A stretch of DNA of 60,133 bases from a bacterium (GTDB lineage Bacteria > UBP15 > UBA6099 > JAJRTR01), in the NCBI GenBank assembly GCA_024278215.1, contig JAJRTR010000064.1, forward strand, positions 1-60,133. Direction: 5' to 3'. Made by a program: the position numbers and the translations under genes. Under the pieces are notes generated by a model, which searched no databases, was not told where the DNA came from, and saw nothing but the letters and a program-made list of their open reading frames with translations. This document shows, piece by piece, positions 17,701 to 27,047 of this stretch (position 1 is the first letter of the stretch; each line of letters starts with the position of its first letter).

Positions 17701-20700
17701 CAGGTGGACGGCACCGACGACGATACAACTACAATCAATTCTTTCCTGACCAGCGTCACCAGCGACTCGGACCCGGACGGTATTTATGTCGAACTTACCG
17801 AGACCGGCGTAAACACAGGCATCTACAGGGGCACGGCGGTGCTTGCCGCAGCGTCGGACCAGTCGGCGAACGAAATATTCGCTGTGGACGGCGATACTGT
17901 GACAGTCGGCGTTGTCAGAGACGGCGGCGCGACGAGCGATTCCGCTGTCGTCGCTTCCGATCTGACGCAGCCGACCGACATCGCTTATGTATACGACGGC
18001 CCCGGAGCGGACATCACTTGGGCAAGCAGTACGTCGGTATTATCCGCCAACTGGGCCGCCTCGAGCGATCCTGAAACCGGAGTCAGCGCGTATTTCGTGG
18101 CTATCGGCACGACCGCCGGCGCTACCGATGTATTCAACTGGACGAGTGTCGGCACACAAACATCGACTATCGTCGGCGGACTGTCTCTCGCGCAGGGCCA
18201 GACCGATTATGTGAGTGTTAAGGCGCGCAACGGCGCAGGTATGTATTCCAATGTCGCCACGTCCGACGGCCAGACTGTCGACAACACCGCTCCGGGCGAT
18301 ATAGCATCCATAAATGACGGACTGTCGGCGGATATCGATTACTCGTCGTCGACTGTTTCCCTGTCCGCCAACTGGGCCGACGCGGTCGATGCCCAATCCG
18401 GCGTTTCAACATACTGGATCGCTATCGGCACAGCCTCCGGCGCGGTCAATATTCTCCCATGGACGGACACCGGCGCAACCGCTACTTCCACTACTGTCTC
18501 CGGCATTTCAATCACGCACGGCAACACATATTACTTCCAGGCCGCCGCGCGCAACGGCTCGGAGATGTTCGGCAACGCCATAGTGTCCGACGGTGTTCTC
18601 ATCGACACGACGGCACCGACCGATATTGCAACCGTCAACGACGGCGCGGGCGCGGATATCGCATGGTCTACCTCGAGCACGACCGCTTCCGCCAACTGGT
18701 CCGATTCTTCAGACGGAGAATCCGGAGTGGCTTCGTATTATTACGCGATAGGCTCCGCCGCCGGTGCGACGGATGTTGTCGACTGGACGGATAACGGAAC
18801 CGCAACAGACGTCACCCGCGCCGGGCTTGCCCTCTCGGATGGAACTACATATTACTTCTCGGTCAAAGCGCGTAACAATGTAAGTATCGACACGTCCGTC
18901 ACTTCGTCCGACGGCTGGACGGTGGACACGACGCCACCGACGGCTGTCGCAACCGTCAATGATGGCCCGGGCGCTGATGTCGACTGGGGGAACTCGACTT
19001 CAACGATTTCAGCCAACTGGAGCGCGGCGTCCGATCCGCATTCGGGAATCGCAAGGTATTATTACGCTGTCGGCACAATCGCCGGCGCGACGGATGTCGT
19101 CGGCTGGACCGACAACGCGACGGCCACTTCCGTCACACACAGCGGGCTGTCACTCACGGAAGGAAACACATATTACTTCGCGGTTAAGGCCGAAAACGCG
19201 GCCGGCCTCGTTTCATCCGCCGTCGACTCGGACGGACAGACGATAGATGTCTCCGCGCCGACCGCTGTCGCGACTGTCAACGACGGCACAGGTGCGGACA
19301 TCGCGTGGTCGACGGCGACGGCATCGCTTTCCGCGAACTGGTCGGAGGCGGCTGACCCGCAGTCGGGGATACTCGCCTACTGGTACGCTGTCGGCACGAC
19401 CGCCGGCGCGACGGATGTCGTCGACTGGACGGATAACGGCGCGGCCACTTCCGTCACGAAATCCGGACTCGCGCTCACCGAGGGCCAGGCGTATTACTTC
19501 GCTGTGAAAGCACAGAGCGGCTCGCTCGCGTTCAGCAGTGAGACATACTCGAACGGCCAGAAAGTGGACTCGCAGCCGCCCGCCGATGTCGCAAATGTGA
19601 ACGACGGCACTGCCGCAGATATCGATTACGCGACTTCCCCGACACAGCTTTCGGCCAACTGGAGCGGCACGACCGACGATGGAACGGGCGTGGCCGCCTA
19701 CTGGTATGCAATCGGCACGACCGCGGGCGCGACGGACGTTGTCGGCTGGACGGACATCGCTTCGGATACGTCCGTGACCCGCACCGGCCTTACACTGACA
19801 GAGGCGCAGGCGTATTACTTCACAGTGAAAGCCGAAGACGGTGTGGGGTTCGAGTCGACACCTGTGTTTTCCGACGGCCAGACGGTGGACACGACGTTTG
19901 CCACGCAGTCGGACTGGAGCCCCGCGAAGGGTGCGACGATAACGGTGACGACCCCGACTATTACATTCACTACGAGCGAAAACGCATACTGCCGGTGGTC
20001 CGACACAGACCAGGCATACGCGGACATGTCCGGCGACTGCACAGGCGACGGGACAACCAGCCAGTCGTGCGCGGCGTCGGCTCTCCCGCAGGGAAGCGCG
20101 TCCGTTTATATCTCGTGCAGCGACATGGCGGGCAATGAAGACACCGCGGGAACAAACGAAGAAATAAGCTATTTCGTCGACTCGATCCTGCCCGCGCAGA
20201 GCGGCTGGAGCCCGGCGGATGGCGAAACGATTGCCACGACGACTCCGTTAATATCTTTCACAACAGACGAAACCGCCGGCTGCCTGTGGTCCCTCTCCGA
20301 CCAGGCCTACGGTGATATGAACCCGGCGAACACCTGTTCCGCTTCGGCAACTGTTTCGCATTCATGCGCGGTCACGGGCCTTGTCGAAGGTGCGCAGAAT
20401 GTGCACATAGCCTGCGCCGACACGAGCGGCAACGAAGACTCGGCATCAACAAATACCGACCTCGGTTACACCGTCGACATTACACCGCCCGACCAGTTGT
20501 CGTGGGTTCCCGCGAAGAGTTCCACGCTGACGGCGACTTCACAGGACATCGTCGCGACAACCGACGAGCAATCGAATTGCCGCTGGGCGCTCACCGACCT
20601 GGCTTACGGCGATATGGCCGTCGGAAACGCCTGCACAGGCGATGGAACGGCTTCGCATACATGCCCGGCGACCGGCTTCGATCAAGGATTCGAGATTGTG

Positions 20701-23700
20701 TACATCGCGTGCGCCGACGAACACGGCAACGAGGACACAATCGCGACGAACGAGCAGGTCAACTACTTTGTCGATTCCCTGACTCCCGTTCAGAGCAACT
20801 GGAACCCGGCGAAAGGTGCGACGATAACAACGACAATACCGATCATCACATTCGACACCGACGAAAACGCCACCTGCCGCTGGTATATACTGGACGCGGC
20901 CTATGGCTCGATACCGCCCGGCAACACCTGCGACGGCGGCGGGACGTCCGCGCAAAGTTGCGGCACGGGCGGCCTTAGCGAAGGTGCCGCCACGGTTTAT
21001 ATCGCTTGCATCGACGAAGCCGGAAACGCCGACACCGATTCGACAAATCAGGATATTAACTATTTCATCGACATGACCCCCCCGGCGCAGAGCGGCTGGA
21101 ACCCGGCGGACTCCGCGACTATCGCATCCACAACGCAGGCGATATCTTTCACCACCGACGAAAACGGCGCGTGCCGCTGGTCGCTTACCGACCAGGCCTT
21201 CGCCGACATCGACACGGGCAACGCCTGCGCAGGCGCGACATCCACCGCCCACGTATGCACCGCCGCCGGCCTTGTCGAAGGTTCGGAATATATCTTCATT
21301 TCCTGCACCGACGAATACGGCAACGCCGACACTGCGGGCACGAACGACGCTCTGAATTACACAATCGATCTGTCGCCCCCCGTGCAGAGCGGCTGGAGCC
21401 CGGCGACCGGAACATACATTACAACTTCGTCGCAAACGATAACCTTCACAACGGACGAGAACGCCGATTGCCACTGGTCGCTCACCGACCAGGCTTACGC
21501 CGATATGGGCGGCGACTGCGCGGGCGACGGCACCACCGGCCAGTCGTGCGCCGCGACCGGCCTGTCGTCCGGCCCCGAAGTCGTTTATATCGCCTGCGCC
21601 GACACATACGGAAACGAAGACACGGCAGACACAAACAAAGAACTCGCCTACACGGTGGACACAACCGCGCCGTCCGATATTGCGACTGTTTATGACGGCG
21701 ATACTATCGGGGTGGACATCGACACGACAGAATCGGGCGTCGAGCTTTCCGCCAACTGGACGGCATCCGCCGACGCCGAATCAGGTATTGCGAAATACTG
21801 GTATGCTGTCGGAACCACCGCCGGGGCAACCGATCTCGTCGGCTGGACCGACAACGGCGCGAGTACTTCTGTCACAAAAACCGGTCTCGCTCTCGCCGAC
21901 GGGCAGACATACTACTTCACAGTGAAAGCGGAAAACGGCGTCGGCCTGCAATCGACGCCCGCAAACTCGGACGGCCAGACTGTCGATATCCTCGACCTTA
22001 CACCGCCCGCCGATATCGCTTCTGTTTATGACGGACCCGGACCCGGCGCTGACATCGACTTCGCGTCGTCCACAACGCAGCTTTCGGCGACCTGGTCGGA
22101 CTCGACCGACGCCGAATCGGGCATCGCGGGCTACTGGTACTCCATCGGCACGACATCCGGCGCAAGCGACACCGTAGGCTGGACATACGCCGCAACGAGT
22201 GCGACCTCAACCGTTGTAACAGGTCTCACACTCGCGGACGGCGCGACTTATTATGTTTCCGTCAAGGCGCTCAACGGTGTCGGCCTGTTGTCGAATGTCG
22301 CGACATCTGACGGGCTCACAATCGACGCGACACCGCCCGCGGACGTTATTGTCGACGACGGCCCCGGCACCGACATCGACTTCGCGTCGTCCACCACGCA
22401 GCTATCGGCAAACTGGTCGGCCTCGACCGACGCGCAGACCGGTATCTCCGCGTACCTGTTCGCTGTCGGCACTTCCGCGGGCGCAACGGACACCATCGAC
22501 TGGACCGGCAACGGCACCGACACTTCGGCGGTTGTCACGGGCCTGACACTCACGGAAGGAACAACATATTATTTCACTGTGAAGGCGGAAAACGGTGTCG
22601 GTGTGTTCTCGACCGCCGCGAATTCAGACGGCGTCACGATTGACGTTTCGCCGCCCGTGCAGAGTGCGTGGTCGCCCGCGGACGGTTCGACTGTTACAAC
22701 CACTTCGCCATCGATCACTTTCACAACCGACGAAAACGCCACCTGCCGCTGGTCGCTCACAGACCTCGCGTACAGCGATATGAACGCGGGCAACGCCTGC
22801 TCCGCCTCGGAAACAACAAGTCATACTTGCGCCGTGTCCGGGCTGCCGGAAGGCGCGAATACTATATATATTTCCTGCGCCGATTCAATCGGCAACGAGG
22901 ATACTACATCAACGAATGATCAACTGGCATACACTGTCGATACCACTCCGCCCGTGCAGAGCGCATGGTCGCCTGCGGACGGTTCGACAATAATTACCGA
23001 CGCGCCCTCGATAACATTATCGACCGACGAAAACGCGACATGCCGCTGGTCGCTCACAGACCTCGCATACAGCGATATGTCCGCGGGCGACGACTGCGGC
23101 GGCTCCGGCATCACCGCGCACACGTGCGCCGCATCCGGACTCGCCGAAGGCGAGAACTCCATCTATATCGCCTGCGCAGACACGCCGGGCAATGAAGATT
23201 CGATCTCGACCAGTACGCAACTCGACTACACTGTCGACACCACGCCGCCCGCGCGGAGCGGCTGGAGCCCGGCGACGGGAACTTACATCACAACCACATC
23301 GCCGACGATAACATTCACTACTGACGAGGCCGCCACCTGCCGCTGGTCGCTCTCCGACCTGGCTTACGGCGGCATGTCCGGCGACTGCACGGGCGACGGC
23401 ACAACAAGCCAGTCGTGCGCCGCGACCGGCCTGTCGTCCGGCCCCGAAGTCGTTTATATCGCCTGCGCAGACACGCCCGGAAACGAGGACACGGCGGCCA
23501 CAAACGACGGCCTCGCCTACACGGTGGACACAACCGCGCCGTCCGACATTGCGACCGTATACGATGGCGATACTATCGGGGTGGACATCGACACGACGGA
23601 ATCGGGCGTCGAGCTTTCCGCCAACTGGACGGCCTCGACCGACACCGAATCGGGAATCGCGAAGTACTGGTACGCTGTCGGAACCACCGCGGGCGGAACG

Positions 23701-25350
23701 GACCTCGTAGACTGGACGGACAACGGCGCGAACACTTCTGTCACAAAAACCGGCCTCGCACTCGCCAACGAACAGACGTATTATTTCACGGTAAAGGCGG
23801 AAAACGCCGCCGGTCTGCAATCGACGCCCGTAAACTCGGACGGCCAGCAGGTCGATATACAGGACACGACCGCGCCGACGGATGTCGCATGGGTTTATGA
23901 CGGAACCGGTGCGGACATAGATTATTCGAGTTCGACCGCCATGCTTTCCGCCAACTGGGCGCCCGCCGCCGACTCCGAATCCGGCATCGCGGGCTACTGG
24001 TACTCCATCGGCACGACGTCCGGCGCGAGCGACACCGTAGGCTGGACTTACACCGGGACGAGCGCGACATCATCGTCAATAACCGGTCTCGCACTCGCCG
24101 ATGCGCAGACTTATTACATTTCTATCAAAGCACAGAACGGCGTAGGGCTTGTGTCCGCGGGCACAGGAATGTCGGACGGCGTGACGATCGACACCACGCC
24201 GCCGTCGCAGATCACGAATGTGAACGACGGAGCCGGCGCCGACGTGGAATATTCATCCGAAGAATCAACGCTGTCCGGCAACTGGGACGCGGCGTCCGAT
24301 GCGCAATCGGGCATATCGAGATACATATACGCCATCGGCACAGCAGCAGGCGCGACAGATACTGTCGGATGGACGGACAACGGCACAAATACTTCATTCA
24401 CCAAAACCGGCCTCACCCTCGAGGACGGACAGGTTTATTACATTTCCGTAAAAGCGGAAAACGGACTCGGGCTCGAATCCACTCCCGCAAACTCCGACGG
24501 AGCGATGAAAGATTCGTCGCCCCCGAACGATGTGACGCAGGTAAACGACGGCACCGGCACAGACATCGACACAATAGAATCGACATCCGAACTTTCCGCC
24601 AACTGGTCGGCGGCAACAGACCCCCACAGCGGCATAGCGACTTATTACTATGCGATCGGAACAGGCACGACGATGAATAATATTGTCGATTGGACAGATG
24701 CGGGCGCGACAACTTCCGTCACGGTTTACGGTCTTGGCCTTATGGATGGAGAGACTTATTATTTTTATATCAGGGCGGTAAACAGCGCCGGTCTCGAATC
24801 CGAACCATTCTCCTCCGATGGAGTGACTGTCGACGTGCCGGATACCGGATTCCAACTCGGCACGGGCTGGAACCTGATGGGTATTTCTTTGCAGAATGTT
24901 ACAATAGACCTCGATGAAATGGCGTCCGGCGCGAGCGGAACGGTCGAATTCGAAGTCGCGGCAATCAGCGGCAGCGCTGTGAGCTACATTACGGACCAGT
25001 CGAGTTTCAGCGCTTCCTTCACCGGCGGCTACTGGATATTCAGCGACACGGCGCTCGAATACAGCAGCATCAGCGGCGACACGTACACAGGAGCGAGCTA
25101 CGACATCAGTCTTACCGGCGGCTGGAACACCTTCTCGAACCCCTACGATCAAGCACTCGAGTGGTCGGACACTGGCGCGGCACTCGACTGCGGTGCCCCG
25201 GCATCGTTGCCGCCCATTTACGCCTACGACAACGGTACCGGTTCTTATATTAAGGTCGAACCCGGCTCCGGCACGCGCATCTCACCCTGGAAGGCCTACT
25301 GGATCGAAGTCGATTCTTCCTGCACCCTGACAATAAGCAATCCACAATAA
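14710..25350 (+). CDS. giant secreted M6-family (immune inhibitor A-like) metalloprotease with beta-helix, 14 FN3/Ig-like repeats and 9 four-cysteine repeats
   Basis: Signal peptide ending ..APAFA; HETGHALGLPDYYD (HExxH...D); EYFIVQNR, G.AVWHVD, LMEADG; beta-helix-like segment; repeats; C-terminal GWNL/GWNT repeats. Start uncertain (14710 or 14773). Confidence 0.88.
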   Translation: MNNNADCNNKSCIPRIRLFGCMFYVIAAVSALVFIIAATAAPAFASRPPTPEEIEKYTQDGTLAERVEFMKNLGNYRMDKQLAVRNYYKLKYKYDRMVGNPVPLQAPPPAWKGMPTTGTVKVLILAIEFADYVHNNDKTELETEIFGAGDPADYPYESLTNYYDRASYSQLDIQGNVLGWTAFPANRDTYGTTTADRESMIMSALDYWDGVGHDFTQYDNDGDGKIDYFAVIWAGPNTGWSSFWWSYKTNWNVNPTYTIDGKTLGTYSWNYESKYEEPNPPGDFKPRTLIHETGHALGLPDYYDYDVDTGPDGGVGNFDMMDANHGDHNAFSKFVLDWITPVVYAGGTGSISLRASDSYPDAAIIMPELQSGEQFGEYFIVQNREQNGNDDGIYGQGLAVWHVDARLNTAGTDYEYDNSYTEHKLLRLMEADGLEEIEASDSSSYDAGDFYVAGNEFSSTTVPTNARYDGTSSGFSLYNLSAASTTMTLDYSFDDTPPADIATVSDGTGADIDTVESLDTLSANWSASSDAESGIQKYWYAVGTTAGSADFVDWTDNATATAVTRGGLSLADGQAYFFTVKAQNGAGLYSNATDSDGQTVDVFTVVSVTQVSTTTIDVKYTKEVDSSPTAVDTNNYSVDGGVGNPTGAVAQSTDTIRLTTAEMDPCTPYVLTITGVLSDAGAGLYAGSSPADVDTMNTLISSNVATDTTWTPAGGPYCVTTDINVSSGNTLTIQAGTTVYFKPDVGVDLTVFGEIQVQGTSGSPVVFTSAKATPAAGDYGSIQLSSSSSAGSSISGLHESYAEYGMYVFGVAPNITESEFSNCLQSCVTLDGSNAVVWKNTFSDCGAGTSSCVTTRESSEGYIVGNNFSGGDRGVSVRSSSYIIANDFDAMNTIGLGISAGGGAAIIKENNFRGATYGIYTWADGTDADATHNYFSGNTVDTFADSGCSPACTIDNSYPLTDMIDEFFGVTDLVLKLSASYTVDLPESIAASSTLYIQVDGTDDDTTTINSFLTSVTSDSDPDGIYVELTETGVNTGIYRGTAVLAAASDQSANEIFAVDGDTVTVGVVRDGGATSDSAVVASDLTQPTDIAYVYDGPGADITWASSTSVLSANWAASSDPETGVSAYFVAIGTTAGATDVFNWTSVGTQTSTIVGGLSLAQGQTDYVSVKARNGAGMYSNVATSDGQTVDNTAPGDIASINDGLSADIDYSSSTVSLSANWADAVDAQSGVSTYWIAIGTASGAVNILPWTDTGATATSTTVSGISITHGNTYYFQAAARNGSEMFGNAIVSDGVLIDTTAPTDIATVNDGAGADIAWSTSSTTASANWSDSSDGESGVASYYYAIGSAAGATDVVDWTDNGTATDVTRAGLALSDGTTYYFSVKARNNVSIDTSVTSSDGWTVDTTPPTAVATVNDGPGADVDWGNSTSTISANWSAASDPHSGIARYYYAVGTIAGATDVVGWTDNATATSVTHSGLSLTEGNTYYFAVKAENAAGLVSSAVDSDGQTIDVSAPTAVATVNDGTGADIAWSTATASLSANWSEAADPQSGILAYWYAVGTTAGATDVVDWTDNGAATSVTKSGLALTEGQAYYFAVKAQSGSLAFSSETYSNGQKVDSQPPADVANVNDGTAADIDYATSPTQLSANWSGTTDDGTGVAAYWYAIGTTAGATDVVGWTDIASDTSVTRTGLTLTEAQAYYFTVKAEDGVGFESTPVFSDGQTVDTTFATQSDWSPAKGATITVTTPTITFTTSENAYCRWSDTDQAYADMSGDCTGDGTTSQSCAASALPQGSASVYISCSDMAGNEDTAGTNEEISYFVDSILPAQSGWSPADGETIATTTPLISFTTDETAGCLWSLSDQAYGDMNPANTCSASATVSHSCAVTGLVEGAQNVHIACADTSGNEDSASTNTDLGYTVDITPPDQLSWVPAKSSTLTATSQDIVATTDEQSNCRWALTDLAYGDMAVGNACTGDGTASHTCPATGFDQGFEIVYIACADEHGNEDTIATNEQVNYFVDSLTPVQSNWNPAKGATITTTIPIITFDTDENATCRWYILDAAYGSIPPGNTCDGGGTSAQSCGTGGLSEGAATVYIACIDEAGNADTDSTNQDINYFIDMTPPAQSGWNPADSATIASTTQAISFTTDENGACRWSLTDQAFADIDTGNACAGATSTAHVCTAAGLVEGSEYIFISCTDEYGNADTAGTNDALNYTIDLSPPVQSGWSPATGTYITTSSQTITFTTDENADCHWSLTDQAYADMGGDCAGDGTTGQSCAATGLSSGPEVVYIACADTYGNEDTADTNKELAYTVDTTAPSDIATVYDGDTIGVDIDTTESGVELSANWTASADAESGIAKYWYAVGTTAGATDLVGWTDNGASTSVTKTGLALADGQTYYFTVKAENGVGLQSTPANSDGQTVDILDLTPPADIASVYDGPGPGADIDFASSTTQLSATWSDSTDAESGIAGYWYSIGTTSGASDTVGWTYAATSATSTVVTGLTLADGATYYVSVKALNGVGLLSNVATSDGLTIDATPPADVIVDDGPGTDIDFASSTTQLSANWSASTDAQTGISAYLFAVGTSAGATDTIDWTGNGTDTSAVVTGLTLTEGTTYYFTVKAENGVGVFSTAANSDGVTIDVSPPVQSAWSPADGSTVTTTSPSITFTTDENATCRWSLTDLAYSDMNAGNACSASETTSHTCAVSGLPEGANTIYISCADSIGNEDTTSTNDQLAYTVDTTPPVQSAWSPADGSTIITDAPSITLSTDENATCRWSLTDLAYSDMSAGDDCGGSGITAHTCAASGLAEGENSIYIACADTPGNEDSISTSTQLDYTVDTTPPARSGWSPATGTYITTTSPTITFTTDEAATCRWSLSDLAYGGMSGDCTGDGTTSQSCAATGLSSGPEVVYIACADTPGNEDTAATNDGLAYTVDTTAPSDIATVYDGDTIGVDIDTTESGVELSANWTASTDTESGIAKYWYAVGTTAGGTDLVDWTDNGANTSVTKTGLALANEQTYYFTVKAENAAGLQSTPVNSDGQQVDIQDTTAPTDVAWVYDGTGADIDYSSSTAMLSANWAPAADSESGIAGYWYSIGTTSGASDTVGWTYTGTSATSSSITGLALADAQTYYISIKAQNGVGLVSAGTGMSDGVTIDTTPPSQITNVNDGAGADVEYSSEESTLSGNWDAASDAQSGISRYIYAIGTAAGATDTVGWTDNGTNTSFTKTGLTLEDGQVYYISVKAENGLGLESTPANSDGAMKDSSPPNDVTQVNDGTGTDIDTIESTSELSANWSAATDPHSGIATYYYAIGTGTTMNNIVDWTDAGATTSVTVYGLGLMDGETYYFYIRAVNSAGLESEPFSSDGVTVDVPDTGFQLGTGWNLMGISLQNVTIDLDEMASGASGTVEFEVAAISGSAVSYITDQSSFSASFTGGYWIFSDTALEYSSISGDTYTGASYDISLTGGWNTFSNPYDQALEWSDTGAALDCGAPASLPPIYAYDNGTGSYIKVEPGSGTRISPWKAYWIEVDSSCTLTISNPQ

Positions 25351-25364
25351 ACACAATTTCATTG

Positions 25365-25456
25365 CCGCGCCCTGCACTTTTTCTGTTCCTTCCAGTGAAT
25401 TATTTTCTATTGATCAAAATTATAAGGTGCGGCGGGGTATGGTGACCCCGCCCTTC
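25365..25456. repeat. partial/degenerate REPIN-family copy
   Basis: TTCTGTTCCTTCCAGTGAATTATTTTCT matches the flank at 47078-47105; GGCGGGGTATGGTGACCCCGCCC is a REP-like unit. Confidence 0.6.
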
Positions 25457-25543
25457 TTCCGCCGAATTTATTGCGTATGCGTCCCTCTTCTCTCTTTTAA
25501 CTATCTGAAGATTAGTGTCAATCAGGAAAATATTTACAGAATC

Positions 25544-25572
25544 TTGACCAATCGGTCAAACAGGGCTATAGT
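25544..25572 (+). promoter_or_regulatory. sigma70-type promoter with overlapping palindromic operator
   Basis: TTGACC-17bp-TATAGT. Near-perfect palindrome TTGACCAATCGGTCAA (25544-25559) covers the -35. Confidence 0.65.
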
Positions 25573-25646
25573 AGGATCGGGAGCAAGGCAAAAAAACAAA
25601 TTATCAGCAATTGAAAGTTTGTCAAACAACGAAGGAGTGATGGCGG

Positions 25647-26987
25647 ATGAAGATAATGGACAAAGAGCTCAGGCAGGATTTCGAGGAAAGAGCAAAGTGG
25701 ATCGTGAACCTGGTCCGGAATAGAAAACAGAAGCTGGAAAATATCGAGTTTAGTTTTTACAGGCGGAAACCGGGGCACCCCGACTGGAATGTTGTCGAGA
25801 AAAAGGCGCGCTCTCTGGCCGACCGCGCGCTCGAAGTTAGCGAGGTGGATTCCGGTTCTCCCGCAGAAACGATTTCGGAAGCGAGGCGCGTTTCGGACGC
25901 ACTTTCACTTACCGCGAAAAAAATGGTGACGAACTACAGGCGCCTCAAGAATGGCAGCAGCCTTCTAATCCCTCCGTATTTTATCTGGACTATGCACAAT
26001 ACTTGCAACTTCAGGTGTTCCTACTGCGACAATCACAGGGCGCAGCAATATTTCAACCTTCCGAACGAGGGCCGGCTGGATACGGAAAAGGGCAGGGAAC
26101 TGCTGCGCATCGCCCGCAAGGATGTAACCGGCATATACTTCTGCGGCGGCGAACCGACTATCAGGAACGACCTTCCCGAGCTGGTCGATTACGCGCATTC
26201 CATAAACTACTTTCCGCTTATGATCAACACGAACGGAAGCAGGCTACATAAACTTATAACGCAGGAGAAAAGCAGGAAGTGGCTCAAGCAGATGGACATC
26301 ATCATCGTCAGCCTCGACGCGCTGGCCCTGGATCTTCTCGCGGGCACGTGGGGTGTGAAAAAAGATGTTTGCGAGCAGGTGATGGTGAACATACTCGCGC
26401 TGCGAATGTTGCAGGAGAAGGTGCGGTTCAAGCTGATCGTGAATACGGTTATCACGCCGGATACGGTCGGCGAGGCTGCCTCGATACTCGACTGGGCAAA
26501 CGACCTTGGGATATGGTATTCGCCTGTACCTGTTAACTGTGGTCCGGACGTAAATTCGAGCCTGAAGGATGATCCGGAATACAATAAGCTTTGCTCTAAA
26601 ATCGTTGAAAGAAAAGAGCGGGGATACAAGATACTTGGATCGAAAAAATTGATTAAGATGCTTATCTACGGCGATGACATCGAGTGTTTTCCGACACTCA
26701 AGCCGCATATCGACATCGACGGCAGCCTGATATGGCCCTGCAAAGGTGTCGTAAGTTTCGATCTGGTGAAAATAAATGTGCTCGACTACAAATCGCTGGA
26801 CGAAGCGTATCATGCGGCGAACAAGATGATAAGCGTCGACAATATTCACGGCCACGGACCGGGTCAGTGCGGTGCGGATTGCAACTGGATGCAGAACTAT
26901 GTCAGCAATGTAATCGCGAAGGGCCTGAAGGAGCCGCTGGACGGACAAATCCTGAGGGAGATCGCCGAGTTCGTCGGTGTGGTATGA
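25647..26987 (+). CDS. radical SAM protein
   Basis: CNFRCSYC (CxxxCxxC), GGEP, NTNGS, VSLD; additional C-terminal Cys (C..PC...CGADC) suggest an auxiliary cluster. Confidence 0.9.
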   Translation: MKIMDKELRQDFEERAKWIVNLVRNRKQKLENIEFSFYRRKPGHPDWNVVEKKARSLADRALEVSEVDSGSPAETISEARRVSDALSLTAKKMVTNYRRLKNGSSLLIPPYFIWTMHNTCNFRCSYCDNHRAQQYFNLPNEGRLDTEKGRELLRIARKDVTGIYFCGGEPTIRNDLPELVDYAHSINYFPLMINTNGSRLHKLITQEKSRKWLKQMDIIIVSLDALALDLLAGTWGVKKDVCEQVMVNILALRMLQEKVRFKLIVNTVITPDTVGEAASILDWANDLGIWYSPVPVNCGPDVNSSLKDDPEYNKLCSKIVERKERGYKILGSKKLIKMLIYGDDIECFPTLKPHIDIDGSLIWPCKGVVSFDLVKINVLDYKSLDEAYHAANKMISVDNIHGHGPGQCGADCNWMQNYVSNVIAKGLKEPLDGQILREIAEFVGVV

Positions 26988-27047
26988 GACGGATAAAAGG
27001 CGCAGTTTCTTGTCGCGCCGGCAGCGACAACTTTCCGGTCGAGCCCC

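Noticed and set aside
16190-24840. Long tandem repeats as a possible CRISPR array or DGR template/variable pair
   Set aside because: They are in-frame ~300-bp protein domain repeats with no repeat-spacer structure. No cas or reverse transcriptase gene is in the window and no adenine-specific mismatch pattern was noticed.
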